A DNA stretch of 64,000 bases from a virus, in IMG/VR virus record IMGVR_UViG_3300020048_000042, positions 32,001 to 96,000 of that record. The stretch is one strand, 5' to 3'. The notes beneath the pieces were generated by a model. It made no database searches. It was not told the DNA's origin and saw only the letters and a list, made by a program, of their open reading frames with translations. The position numbers and the translations under genes were made by a program. Shown piece by piece: positions 21,479-31,439 of this stretch (positions are counted from its first letter, which is position 1; the number at the start of each line of letters is the position of its first letter).

Positions 21479-22051
21479 ATGAATCCAATTTATAGAATTT
21501 ATAGAAGTAACAATTATGTGTACATCTATGACGTAGATAACAATAAATTATATCAAGAACATAGTTTTAGAGTTCTTGTAAAAAAAGATACACTTAATGG
21601 TGATCTATATAACATTTCATTTTTAAGACCTGAAACAACTCCAGGTGCATTTTACACAGTAACTTGGCAACAATTGCGTGACGTTACTAATACACCATTT
21701 GCATCAGCAGCTGCTTGGGAAACATGGTATCAAGACAACACAGGTGATATTGGTTTAGGATCAGGTTTTGCAACAGAAGCTACTCTCCAACAAGTAGAGA
21801 TAAATACTTCTGGAGTATCACGTACACCACAACTTAGTAGAGTTTCTGGTTCAGCTGGTACTGTACCTTTAGGTAAATTTTCTATGTCTTTTGCAAGTGT
21901 AGGAACTGCTAACGCAACGGTTGGAGGAATAATACTTAAGCCAGGTGAAACAATTAATTTTGATGCAGGTGCTTTAAACAACACATTAACTGCTGTAGCA
22001 TATGATACTACCATTGCAGGAGCAGAGTTAATAATTATTACTATAGCATAA
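21479..22051 (+). CDS. Putative tail/structural protein
   Basis: 190 aa, beta-rich Thr/Gly/Ala composition, first gene of the tail module. Confidence 0.5.
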   Translation: MNPIYRIYRSNNYVYIYDVDNNKLYQEHSFRVLVKKDTLNGDLYNISFLRPETTPGAFYTVTWQQLRDVTNTPFASAAAWETWYQDNTGDIGLGSGFATEATLQQVEINTSGVSRTPQLSRVSGSAGTVPLGKFSMSFASVGTANATVGGIILKPGETINFDAGALNNTLTAVAYDTTIAGAELIIITIA

Positions 22052-23307
22052 TGAGTACAATAATCTCTCCTGGATTAGTAAGACTGCAGGATACTGTAGG
22101 TACTACAATGCTCACTGATGCGTTTGGTAGAGAAAGAATTTCTCAACCATTTACATTAGGAGATTATAAACACGTCTATGGTTTAAATATAAACTTTATA
22201 GATAAATTAACAAATGGTGGGACTATAACTTTTAATCCTAACCAATCATCAGCTTTATTATCTACTACATCAAATGTAACTAGTAGTGCTGTACACCAGA
22301 CAAAAGTTTATCATAATTATATCCCTGGAAAAAGTCAATTAATATTTTCAACTTTTTGCTTTAAAGCAGCTGTTACTAATGTAACTAAAAGAACGGGATA
22401 CTATGATGACAAGGATGGTATTTATTTTGAACAAAATGGTGCAGGGATATTAAGTTTTTGTGTTAGAACAAATACAAGCGGTACTCCAAGTGATGCTTCT
22501 AAAGTGTCACAAGCAAATTGGAACGTAGATAAATGTAATGGCACAGGTGCTTCAGGTTATAATTTAGATGTAACAAAAACACAATTTTTCTTTACAGATT
22601 TTACTTGGTTAGGATTAGGAAGAGTTAGATGTGGATTCTTAGTAGATGGTAAATACATTATTGCTCACGAATTCAAGACCTCTAATACTATTTCTGTTCC
22701 TTATATGGCTAGTCCTAATTTACCAATAAGATGTGAAATATTTAATACTGGAGTAACTACTGGTGGATCATTTAATCAAATATGTTCTACTGTAATGTCA
22801 GAAGCTGGAGATTCAGATGCAGGACAAGATTGGTCAGCATTGAATACTACATTAAGGTCTGTTGCAGCAGGGGCTACTTTACCAATAATTGCTATTAGAT
22901 TAACTAGTACTTTTCAAAGTTATCTAAATAGATTACTTGTAAGATTGCAAGAATTTAGTTTATATTCAGTAAAAGAACCTCTTGTATATAAAGTAATAAA
23001 ACTACCTAACATATCATTCTTAACTGGAGCAACATGGACACCTGTAGACTCCAGATCAGGCATTGAAGTAAGTGTAGATGCAACTAGTTATACAAACGGA
23101 TTAGTATTTGCTACTGGGTACGTATCGTCAGCTGTAGGAAACAGAGGAGCTGTAAATGCAGATCCTAGTGCATCAAATGCAAGACAAAATTATATTTCAC
23201 AAAATTATGACTCTACAGATTCAGAAATTTATATTATTGCAGTAACTAATATAGGTACAACAACAACAACTGCTGGAGCATCATTACAATGGCGAGAGAT
23301 TTACTAA
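22051..23307 (+). CDS. Putative tail/baseplate structural protein (DAFGR-motif family, lectin-like beta fold)
   Basis: 418 aa; TDAFGRERISQPFTL and FTWLGLGRVRCGF motifs recognisable from a widespread phage virion family; overlaps upstream stop (TAATG). Confidence 0.55.
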   Translation: MSTIISPGLVRLQDTVGTTMLTDAFGRERISQPFTLGDYKHVYGLNINFIDKLTNGGTITFNPNQSSALLSTTSNVTSSAVHQTKVYHNYIPGKSQLIFSTFCFKAAVTNVTKRTGYYDDKDGIYFEQNGAGILSFCVRTNTSGTPSDASKVSQANWNVDKCNGTGASGYNLDVTKTQFFFTDFTWLGLGRVRCGFLVDGKYIIAHEFKTSNTISVPYMASPNLPIRCEIFNTGVTTGGSFNQICSTVMSEAGDSDAGQDWSALNTTLRSVAAGATLPIIAIRLTSTFQSYLNRLLVRLQEFSLYSVKEPLVYKVIKLPNISFLTGATWTPVDSRSGIEVSVDATSYTNGLVFATGYVSSAVGNRGAVNADPSASNARQNYISQNYDSTDSEIYIIAVTNIGTTTTTAGASLQWREIY

Positions 23308-23320
23308 ATAAAATATACTA

Positions 23321-24529
23321 ATGAGTACATTTATACAAATATCATCAGGAGGAGGATCAGGAGTTTTTGGAATATCAAATTCATCTGGAAAATACACTTA
23401 TTATGCCACATTAACCTTAGCTATGGCAGCTGCAACAAGTGGTCAAACAATAGAAATGTTTGCTGATGTTGTTGAAACTGGAGCTGTTATACTTACTTTA
23501 AAAGATGGTGTAAATATTAATGGTAATGGTCATACATACATACTTAATAATAGTGGTTTATTGAATGCCTTTCTCACACCAACAACTGCTGGAGTAAAAA
23601 TTAGTATTTTAAATTTTCATGGTATAAGAACTGGAAGTACTGGAACAGTATATGATAATAGTTTCATAGCTTCATTTACTGCTCCAAGTGGTTTAATAAA
23701 TTGTGCAGGTTCTACATTTACAAATTTAGGAAGTGGTTGTGCAATAATGTCAGCATCTGGAATTGAATTTATAAATGCAACAGCAACAGCAAATACAGAT
23801 TTTGGTTCATTAGGTGCGTTTGGTAGTATTTCAGTATTTACAAATTGTAGAGCATATAGTACAACTGGATTTGCAATTAGATTACATACTGGTGGTTCTA
23901 TTGCAAATAATTGCTATGGTTTTTCTAACTCAGGCGTTGGTGTATATGGTGGATATTACGCAACAATAAGTAATTGTACAGGTGTATCAGTTTCTGGAAC
24001 AGGAATTGAAAATTTTGGAGATACAAGTAACTCAACTGGAAGATCAGTTTCTGGGAATGGCTATGTACAAAATGGTTATGGAATAGGCATGAATTGTACT
24101 GGTATTTCTGTAAGTGGTGCTGGAATATTAAATTATGTTTCTATGGCAAATTCTACAGGTCTTAGTTCATCTTCTTATGGAATAAGAATGGGTTATGGTG
24201 TAACTTATAACTCAACTGCTAAAAGCATAAGTGGACCTGCAATGTGGAATACTAATGGCAATCCTCAACTTTATAATGTAATTGCAATAAGTGAGTGGAA
24301 CAATGTCGCTGCTTATGGTCTGCGTGGAAATGGAGGAATGTTTCCAAATGCTTTAATAAATTGTACTTTTATTTTAGCAAATGCATCTGCTCCATATTTA
24401 TTTAATGATGGTGTAGCACAGGCAATTTCACTAAAAGGAAATACATATAAAGGTGGTGCTGTTTTTAATGCAAATTTAACTCAAGCAATTACTGCAACAC
24501 AAGACAATCAAGGAAACATTTATTTATAA
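23321..24529 (+). CDS. Parallel beta-helix (pectin-lyase-like) tail spike / receptor-binding protein
   Basis: 402 aa with ~22-aa repeats such as NCTGVSVSGTGI, NSTGRSVSGNGY and NCTGISVSGAGI; N-terminal YYATLTLAMAAATSGQTI typical of beta-helix caps. Confidence 0.65.
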   Translation: MSTFIQISSGGGSGVFGISNSSGKYTYYATLTLAMAAATSGQTIEMFADVVETGAVILTLKDGVNINGNGHTYILNNSGLLNAFLTPTTAGVKISILNFHGIRTGSTGTVYDNSFIASFTAPSGLINCAGSTFTNLGSGCAIMSASGIEFINATATANTDFGSLGAFGSISVFTNCRAYSTTGFAIRLHTGGSIANNCYGFSNSGVGVYGGYYATISNCTGVSVSGTGIENFGDTSNSTGRSVSGNGYVQNGYGIGMNCTGISVSGAGILNYVSMANSTGLSSSSYGIRMGYGVTYNSTAKSISGPAMWNTNGNPQLYNVIAISEWNNVAAYGLRGNGGMFPNALINCTFILANASAPYLFNDGVAQAISLKGNTYKGGAVFNANLTQAITATQDNQGNIYL

Positions 24530-24533
24530 AAAT

Positions 24534-24830
24534 ATGGAATCAGTTACAAAGATTGACATCATAGGCTCACAAATCTACGCTTATGATGAATTGGAAAACA
24601 AGAAAGAAATTTATCCTTTGATACCAGAGTATAATTTCTTTATGACAGCATTTTCAGATACACAAGAGTTGTTATCTGTAAACATCTACAACCCAATCCC
24701 AAGAGTAATGAAGTTTTATGGAATTGAAAATTCTGTTCCTAAATCATTCACAGAACTTGAGTATATAGATATGACTGTAGAACAGAAAGCAGATTTTGAT
24801 GCATTTGTAGAACTTATTAAATTAAAATAA
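24534..24830 (+). CDS. Hypothetical protein, possible tail fibre chaperone
   Basis: 98-aa acidic ORF directly after the beta-helix gene. Confidence 0.4.
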   Translation: MESVTKIDIIGSQIYAYDELENKKEIYPLIPEYNFFMTAFSDTQELLSVNIYNPIPRVMKFYGIENSVPKSFTELEYIDMTVEQKADFDAFVELIKLK

Positions 24831-24831
24831 A

Positions 24832-25284
24832 ATGGCAGTAGTAGCAGCAATTGGAGCACCAGCAGGCGCAATAAACTATACACAAATAACAGACACAAGT
24901 GCAGATTTTGCATCAGTTGCTAACTCTACTTATTTTTACAATAAGGCTGATAAGCTAGTTAGATTTAAGGACTCTTCAGGTACAGTATTAGAGATATTTG
25001 CAGCTGGTGGTGGAGGTGGAAGCATTCTTAAACTTACGGCTCAAACCTTAACTGCGGCAAGTTGGAGCTTATCTAGTGGATATTATGTTTATAATTTTAG
25101 TAACGCAAATATAAATGCAAATACACGAGTTGATTTTACTCCAGATAATGCTAGTTATAATGAAGTAACTACATGTGGAATGACAACTCAAGTTGATGTA
25201 TCTGCAGGAGTTTGTAGATTTTATTCTATATTTCCTCCACAATCAAATATAACAGGTGAAATAACAATATTCCCAACACTATAG
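24832..25284 (+). CDS. Putative tail fibre adaptor protein
   Basis: 150 aa, two small beta domains joined by a GGGGGS linker, within the tail module. Confidence 0.45.
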   Translation: MAVVAAIGAPAGAINYTQITDTSADFASVANSTYFYNKADKLVRFKDSSGTVLEIFAAGGGGGSILKLTAQTLTAASWSLSSGYYVYNFSNANINANTRVDFTPDNASYNEVTTCGMTTQVDVSAGVCRFYSIFPPQSNITGEITIFPTL

Positions 25285-25286
25285 TC

Positions 25287-27482
25287 ATGGCAGTAAATTT
25301 ACCAGTACAAAATTTTTTTAGAAGACTAACTGGTCCAAATTCATGGGTAAGACCTACTGATTGGCCAGTAATTACTGATACAATTAATGAAGTTCAATTC
25401 TTAACGTCAGATTTAGGAGATTCAAATTTGTCATTAAGAACAAACTTTTCAAGAACATCAGGATCTCAAAACATGGTAATTGATTGGGGTGATGGAACAA
25501 CTACTACTATTTCTGCTATAGGAGCTACTACAACTGACAAAACATATACGTCAGGAACAGGAACTCCATGCTCACTTGGTTATACTACATTTAAGATAAG
25601 AGTTTATTTTACAGGAACAGGAGTATCAGTTATATCTCAATGTCAGCCAACAGCTTTGTTAATTTCAGGTAATACGTTTAGTGCTCAGGAATGCTCAGTA
25701 TTGGAGGCTTATTATGGAAATGGTACAATCCCAACTGCACCTCCATCATTTGAAAGTGTTGCTGGAAATTCATCTTCAGTAAGTGATTTCAATAATCTGA
25801 CTTATGTTAAATTCCCAGAAGTCTGTACTTGGAACTCTGGTATAAATTTTAATTCTTGTTATAATTTAGTTGTGTTAATTATGCCTATATCTTTAGGAAT
25901 TTATAACAACAGTCTTAGTTCTTCATTTACAAATTGTCGTAGTTTACTAGAAGTAAATTTTCCTGCAAGTATGACAGGAATAAGTCAATTAAACAGCACA
26001 TTTCAAAATTGCAATAATTTAAGAAAAGTTACATTTCCTACGTCAATGAATAGTGTTGGAGATATGCAAAACTGTTTTAACTCTTGTAAAAGTTTATTGA
26101 ATGTTACTGTACCTTCTATAAACAATTGCAGTTCAATGATTCAAGTATTTTTTAATTGTCCTGCTTTAGAATGGGTTAAATTTATAAGTCTTCCTACTTC
26201 TGCAAATGTCAATTTTCAAAGTCTTTTTTCAAGTTGTTTAAATCTACAAAATGTTTATTTTCCTGCATCAGTAAACCCTACTAGTATTTTTTCTTGCTTT
26301 GCTGCTTTTCAATCTTGTTTTGCATTAAAAAGCATAGTATTTCCATCAAATATGAATGTAAGTACTTTTGGTAATTGCTTTACTAGTTGCTCATCAATAG
26401 TATCAATTATATTACCAATAAATACACCTGCATTAACAAGTATGTCTTCTACTTTTGGATCATGCACTAATTTGACTTCAATAACATTACCTACTGTAGG
26501 TGGCTTAGGAATTAATTTTGATAGCACTTTTGCATCGTGTAGTAAGTTGCATACTATAAATATTCCAGCTGGTTATACTTTTACTACTTTAGCATCAGCA
26601 TTTCAGAGTTGCAGTAACTTAACAAATTTAAACTGGACTCCTGGTGTACAAAATTCTTTAACAACATTATCAAGTGCTTTTTCAAGTTGTTCATTATTAA
26701 CGTCAGTTACCATGCCATCTAGCATGACAATTTTAGCTACTTTAACAAATGCTTTTGCTAATTGTAGTATGTTAAAGACAATTGCATTTCCTGCATCATT
26801 GAATGCTGTAACTGCAGCTAACGCATTATTTGCAAGTTGTAACAATTTGACTTCAGTTACTATGCCTACATCAATGAGTTTAAATGTTAACTTCGCAGGT
26901 GCATTTTCAGGATGTACTTCTATAACGTCTATTACGTTGCCAAATATAGTATCATCAACTTTTTTTAATTTTTCACAAACTTTTAACGCTTGCAATTCTT
27001 TAAAAACTGTAGTATTACCAGGATCTGCTCAACTAAGCCTTGTAACGTCAATAGACACTATGTTTCAAAACTGCTCTAATTTAGTTACAATAACAAATTT
27101 TGATAAAATTGGATCATTAACAGCTACACCTTTAATTAATGGTAGTAATATGATTCGCAATAGATTCACATCTATTTCATTTGTAGGTCCATATTCTATA
27201 CTTTTACTTAATGGATCACCAATAACTACAGGAAGAACAGATGTTCAATCTGTAAGATTACTGAACACATCAGCAGGGCAATGGACAGGAGGTTCTCCTC
27301 AAATTAACGTTTCTTATACTAATATGTCTACTGCAAACCTAGTACAATTGTTTAATGATATGGCTGCACAAGGAGCAGTTGTATCTAAGACAATAAATAT
27401 TACAGGAGCGGTAGGAGCGGCAGGATTAACTGCTTCAAACAGATTGATAATTACATCTCAGGGATGGACAATAACAGGATAA
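25287..27482 (+). CDS. BspA-type leucine-rich-repeat tail/receptor-binding protein
   Basis: 731 aa; well over a dozen ~23-25-aa repeats of the form xFxxCxxLxxIxLPxxxxx (e.g. FQNCNNLRKVTFP, FGSCTNLTSITLP); N-terminal WVRPTDWP and IDWGDG motifs. Confidence 0.8.
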   Translation: MAVNLPVQNFFRRLTGPNSWVRPTDWPVITDTINEVQFLTSDLGDSNLSLRTNFSRTSGSQNMVIDWGDGTTTTISAIGATTTDKTYTSGTGTPCSLGYTTFKIRVYFTGTGVSVISQCQPTALLISGNTFSAQECSVLEAYYGNGTIPTAPPSFESVAGNSSSVSDFNNLTYVKFPEVCTWNSGINFNSCYNLVVLIMPISLGIYNNSLSSSFTNCRSLLEVNFPASMTGISQLNSTFQNCNNLRKVTFPTSMNSVGDMQNCFNSCKSLLNVTVPSINNCSSMIQVFFNCPALEWVKFISLPTSANVNFQSLFSSCLNLQNVYFPASVNPTSIFSCFAAFQSCFALKSIVFPSNMNVSTFGNCFTSCSSIVSIILPINTPALTSMSSTFGSCTNLTSITLPTVGGLGINFDSTFASCSKLHTINIPAGYTFTTLASAFQSCSNLTNLNWTPGVQNSLTTLSSAFSSCSLLTSVTMPSSMTILATLTNAFANCSMLKTIAFPASLNAVTAANALFASCNNLTSVTMPTSMSLNVNFAGAFSGCTSITSITLPNIVSSTFFNFSQTFNACNSLKTVVLPGSAQLSLVTSIDTMFQNCSNLVTITNFDKIGSLTATPLINGSNMIRNRFTSISFVGPYSILLLNGSPITTGRTDVQSVRLLNTSAGQWTGGSPQINVSYTNMSTANLVQLFNDMAAQGAVVSKTINITGAVGAAGLTASNRLIITSQGWTITG

Positions 27483-27484
27483 TC

Positions 27485-27649
27485 ATGGAAGATACAGCAG
27501 GATTTTACAAATTAAATGAGATAGGTGAGTGGGAATTTGCCCCAAATTTTGTGTATGCACCAACATATACATTATTAAAAGAAGATAAAGATACCTATAC
27601 ATATCCTGTAGATGGATGGACATGGTATGATGTAGCACCTCAAGCATAA
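27485..27649 (+). CDS. Small tail-associated protein (likely start MEDTAGFYK)
   Basis: In-frame ATG at 27485 lies just after the LRR gene stop; aromatic-rich YTYPVDGWTWY motif. Confidence 0.5.
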   Translation: MEDTAGFYKLNEIGEWEFAPNFVYAPTYTLLKEDKDTYTYPVDGWTWYDVAPQA

Positions 27650-27655
27650 ATAAAA

Positions 27656-27681
27656 AAAGGGGAGTGTTAATTCTCCCCTTT
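27656..27681. terminator. Bidirectional intrinsic terminator between convergent late (+) and - strand genes
   Basis: AAAGGGGAG-8nt-CTCCCCTTT perfect 9-bp stem with an upstream A-tract. Confidence 0.75.
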
Positions 27682-27945
27682 GTGTAAGTTGTCATAGATC
27701 TCTTTCTCAGAAGTACTAAGATCATTATAGTGATACACTGGCTCGTGTAACATTTCATCTTCAGTTTCATAATATGCTTCAGACTTGTGGCCTAACTTAT
27801 TCCAATTCTTTTGCGCAATATATGATGCAAAATTCTTGGTTAGGTATCCTAAGCTTATTCCTGTAACTTGATGAATGTCATTTAGTGCGTATCCTTTTTT
27901 AAGTAGCTTTAAAACTTCTAGTTCATTTCCATTAGTTTTACTCAT
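27667..27945 (-). CDS. Small helix-turn-helix protein
   Basis: 92 aa; LKLLKKGYALNDIHQVTGISLGYL is HTH-like. Confidence 0.45.
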   Translation of the reverse strand: MSKTNGNELEVLKLLKKGYALNDIHQVTGISLGYLTKNFASYIAQKNWNKLGHKSEAYYETEDEMLHEPVYHYNDLSTSEKEIYDNLHKGEN

Positions 27946-28553
27946 GGTCCAAAATAATGATAACCTTCTGCATTTGTATCATGGTCATTGCCTTCTACAA
28001 TATTCCAACACATAGTACCAAGACCAGAGACAGTTTGTTTATTCTTGTCATCTTTCTTAATAAAGTATTTGGAACTTTGCATGTAGGTATATTCACCTGA
28101 TTCTCTATATGCATCAGTGTATTGTTCTGTTGCTTGATGAACAAGCTCCCAGGTGTACTCAGGATACTCACTAAAGAACCAAACAAATCTGTCATAAAGT
28201 TCTTTAGGATTTGTCCTAAATGCAATGGTTGAATCAGGACGTCTCCCTTTTGGAAACATCTCGTTAAATTTGACAATGTGTTCCTCCCATTCTTCAAAAG
28301 GAACTTTCTTTTTTGCTACTGCTACCTTGCTTAAAATCTTCTCAGCATTTCTCACAACACCACTACCAGTAGTTGTAATTGTATAAACGCCATCACCATC
28401 ATCTTTTAGGTATCCTGCAAGAGTAAGTCTGTATTGCTCACTCCTGATGTTTACATAATTTGTATGATAGTATTTATTAAAGGTAGCATGAAGCACGTAA
28501 TAGCCATTAGGGCTAACATTATGTTTAGCCAGATAATCAAAAAACTCTTTCAT
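27942..28553 (-). CDS. Putative replication initiator/organizer-like protein (winged-helix N-terminus)
   Basis: 203 aa; resembles conserved crAss-like proteins with F.E.FP.G and YMQ.S.YFI.K motifs; function inferred. Confidence 0.4.
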   Translation of the reverse strand: MKEFFDYLAKHNVSPNGYYVLHATFNKYYHTNYVNIRSEQYRLTLAGYLKDDGDGVYTITTTGSGVVRNAEKILSKVAVAKKKVPFEEWEEHIVKFNEMFPKGRRPDSTIAFRTNPKELYDRFVWFFSEYPEYTWELVHQATEQYTDAYRESGEYTYMQSSKYFIKKDDKNKQTVSGLGTMCWNIVEGNDHDTNAEGYHYFGP

Positions 28554-28556
28554 GCT

Positions 28557-28808
28557 TTAGTTTAAAATTGTTTCGTATTTCTTTTCTTTTGCTTCTTCAG
28601 CGACACCATCTAGTGGTATAAATCTATCAGCTCTGTATCCAACCCAAGGTAAACCATATTGAGTTTTTCCTTCGTTTTGAACAGCATGGATAAAATAGAC
28701 AACTTGATCAAAATTATTTACAAACTTTGATATTACGTCATAAACTTGACCTTCTTTTACATCAGCTCCAGGCGGTAGCTTTTCTGCGTTAATACACAAT
28801 ACTCTCAT
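28557..28808 (-). CDS. Hypothetical protein (SH3-like small beta domain)
   Basis: 83-aa ORF with A-rich leader, in operon after the RNR. Confidence 0.45.
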   Translation of the reverse strand: MRVLCINAEKLPPGADVKEGQVYDVISKFVNNFDQVVYFIHAVQNEGKTQYGLPWVGYRADRFIPLDGVAEEAKEKKYETILN

Positions 28809-28821
28809 GGTTACAAAAATA

Positions 28822-28846
28822 AAGGGCTGCTTTTTACACAGCCCTT
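28822..28846 (-). terminator. Stem-loop terminator downstream of nrdJ
   Basis: AAGGGCTG-9nt-CAGCCCTT 8-bp stem followed on - strand by a T-rich run. Confidence 0.6.
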
Positions 28847-28851
28847 ATTGT

Positions 28852-30759
28852 TTATCTTACAGGACAAGCTCCTCCTTCACAGTCTGCAATATCCATATCT
28901 TCTAAATTGATAGTTTCATCAAAAGCTGATATGGTAATAACATCCTTAGAAAGTTTGTGGAACATTTCTTCAGTAATTTCTTCCAATGGTGCTTGGTCAA
29001 AACCATGCTCATTATGAAGTAAGAAAGATACTGATTTTACATTAAAGTAGTTAGCTGCTAACCACTCTTTGATTTCATTAAGTTCAGTTTTACGATAGTA
29101 AATTGTAACTGAAACTGCATTGTCAGACCATTCTGTTTGAAGACGTTTGATTACATTCAACTGATCAACAGCTGTCATGTCATTTGCCAATAGTGTTCCT
29201 TTTGGAAACTTGCATGGAAAAGACACAATAATTGTACTGTGATCTTCAGTGCTATCAAAGTTTCTTTGGTATTCTATAGGGTATCCATTCTTTCTACACA
29301 CATTCACAATAGGGCTGTCAGAAGCCATACGAATTCTGCGAATGTAATATTGAGAGTATGCTGGATGTGCACCTGATGTAACACCTGCTAACAAACTAAG
29401 AGTCCCTGATGGCTTAACAGTTGTAAGTTTTATTGATGGATTGAATCCTTTTGCTTTACTGTATTCAGTATCATAACTTCTTAGGTAATTGTAACAGTCT
29501 GAAAGCCAAGTTCTTTGTTCTTCTGTTGCCTGTAAGTATCCTGTAACGCCAATTCCCATTCTCATGTTCTTGTGTACAATCTCTTCAGTTTCCTTCACTG
29601 AACATTTGATAGCTAATGAATGCTTATTAATTCTGTAAAGAAGAGTAGCGACTTTCAATAGCTCTTTGTAAGAGTCAATGTTTGGAAGATAGATTTCAGC
29701 AAGACAGCATGTCTCAAAGTTTGCAAGCGATTGTTCAGCACAAGGATTAAAGCCCATTACTTCAGGATCAGGATACTCTATTTCACCTGTTCTACCCATA
29801 CGTCTTGATGCTTCAAGGTTAATTAAACCATAAGGTTCACCATTACCCTTGTATCCTTCCCAAAATTCTTCTGGTAACTTTGATATGTCATCACATATAA
29901 CAGAGTTATTACTCATTGCACGCCAGTTAGGAATTCCTCCAAGGTCCCAACGTTTTGCACGTAGAAACTCAAAGTCATCATAATCACCAAGTGCAATCTG
30001 TGCTGAACGTCTAACGTTACCTGCAACTACAATACGTCCAATGATGTTCATGATGTCAAGACAATCAATTGATCTTACTCTTTTGCCAGCTCTAGCATTT
30101 AGTATAGTATTGATTTCTTCAATTCCCCATACTAAATCTTGTGGACCTGACGCTGTACCACCAAAACCTTTGATGGGAGAACCTTTTGATCTTATAAGAT
30201 GACATGCATAAGTAAATCCTTCACCTGTAATGAAAGATGCTTCAAGAACGCGACGCATAAGTTCAACCCATCCTTCTCTTGAATCAGGTACAATGAAATC
30301 AGCATCATTTACATCTTTGCGTTCAATCTTTACTTTCTTTAATACTTTTGGAATTTGGTACACATGTTCACGTTGAATGTTAAAACCTACACCAGAACCT
30401 AGCATAAGCATTTCAAATGCCCAAGTAAATGGTCTGATAGGTTGATCACAAACAACAAAGGCACAGTTCTGCAATGATGGAAGTCCTAATCTGTCAACAG
30501 TTTTTGTACCTAACTGCCACAAGAATCTTCCTGCTACTGTACCTTTTAAATTTGTCATTGTGTAACGAAGTGCTTCTTCATCTTCAGAAGTAAAGCCAAC
30601 GTTTAATTGAGTTCTACAAGACTCAATCACTCTTTCAATAGTTTCATGCCACTCTTCAGTTTTCCCATTTTTAGTAGGTCTAGAGTAGGTTCTTTTATAG
30701 GTAACGTAACCTACAGGCCCCCAAGGAATAATGGTGGGGGTAACATTTGTTTCTGTCAT
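28852..30759 (-). CDS. nrdJ: Class II (adenosylcobalamin-dependent) ribonucleotide reductase
   Basis: 635 aa; AGRFLWQLG, LQNCAF, GNVRRSA, NPCAEQ, TTVKPSGT and C-terminal CEGGACP motifs. Confidence 0.93.
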   Translation of the reverse strand: MTETNVTPTIIPWGPVGYVTYKRTYSRPTKNGKTEEWHETIERVIESCRTQLNVGFTSEDEEALRYTMTNLKGTVAGRFLWQLGTKTVDRLGLPSLQNCAFVVCDQPIRPFTWAFEMLMLGSGVGFNIQREHVYQIPKVLKKVKIERKDVNDADFIVPDSREGWVELMRRVLEASFITGEGFTYACHLIRSKGSPIKGFGGTASGPQDLVWGIEEINTILNARAGKRVRSIDCLDIMNIIGRIVVAGNVRRSAQIALGDYDDFEFLRAKRWDLGGIPNWRAMSNNSVICDDISKLPEEFWEGYKGNGEPYGLINLEASRRMGRTGEIEYPDPEVMGFNPCAEQSLANFETCCLAEIYLPNIDSYKELLKVATLLYRINKHSLAIKCSVKETEEIVHKNMRMGIGVTGYLQATEEQRTWLSDCYNYLRSYDTEYSKAKGFNPSIKLTTVKPSGTLSLLAGVTSGAHPAYSQYYIRRIRMASDSPIVNVCRKNGYPIEYQRNFDSTEDHSTIIVSFPCKFPKGTLLANDMTAVDQLNVIKRLQTEWSDNAVSVTIYYRKTELNEIKEWLAANYFNVKSVSFLLHNEHGFDQAPLEEITEEMFHKLSKDVITISAFDETINLEDMDIADCEGGACPVR

Positions 30760-30892
30760 AATTTAAAAATTGAGGATTAATATTTTTTTTGTGAAGGGCA
30801 ACAAATATCGTAATTTTTCATTTGTGTTGCACTATGGAATAAAACTTTTTTCACTTTATTTCAAAAGTTAAATATAATTCAGATATTTGTGG

Positions 30893-30907
30893 TATATTAT
30901 ATTGAGG
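30893..30907 (+). promoter_or_regulatory. Candidate phage late promoter motif TATATTATATTGAGG
   Basis: Near-identical to 21436-21450; upstream of the lysis module. Confidence 0.5.
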
Positions 30908-30926
30908 ACAGTGGAGTACAAACTAA

Positions 30927-31439
30927 TTGAACATGAAGAAATTATTTGTACTCATTATTTTATTAGTGCTTACAAGCACATCTTGCGATCTTGCAAAGCG
31001 TTTCCAAAAACGCATTGATAAGTATTGCCCACTTTGTCCTACAAAAGATTCTACAGTAACAGTAATTGAGTATAGAGACAGCTTGATAAAAGTACCAGGT
31101 GATACTACAACAATTATAGACAGTCTGTACTGCGACTCATTAGGCAATGTTCTCTCAATAAGATTGTCAGAAAAAGAAGGTGAAATCACTAATCTAATTA
31201 ACAAACTCAAGAACAACAAACTCACAACGACAGCCATTGTCAAGACACAATATGTGAATGTTCCAGGAGTAACAATAGTAAAAACACGCGACATTATAAA
31301 AACACTTCCTGCAAAACAGGTTAAGTATGTTCCATGGTGGATCAATTTCTTAGCTGTTCTTGGAGGAATTACTTTTGTTTTTATACTATTTTATATTATA
31401 TACAAATTAACTCTTGGAAAATGGACACAACGTTTTTAA
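30927..31439 (+). CDS. Lipoprotein with C-terminal transmembrane helix; unimolecular-spanin-like
   Basis: MKKLFVLIILLVLTSTS-C lipoprotein signal; C-terminal WWINFLAVLGGITFVFILFYII TM; first gene of the lysis cassette. Confidence 0.6.
   Translation: MNMKKLFVLIILLVLTSTSCDLAKRFQKRIDKYCPLCPTKDSTVTVIEYRDSLIKVPGDTTTIIDSLYCDSLGNVLSIRLSEKEGEITNLINKLKNNKLTTTAIVKTQYVNVPGVTIVKTRDIIKTLPAKQVKYVPWWINFLAVLGGITFVFILFYIIYKLTLGKWTQRF

Noticed and set aside
23321-27482. Diversity-generating retroelement target or invertible tail-fibre cassette
   Set aside because: No reverse transcriptase, no template/variable repeat pair differing at adenines, and no invertase or flanking inverted repeats were seen in this window. 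The LRR repeats are divergent at DNA level.
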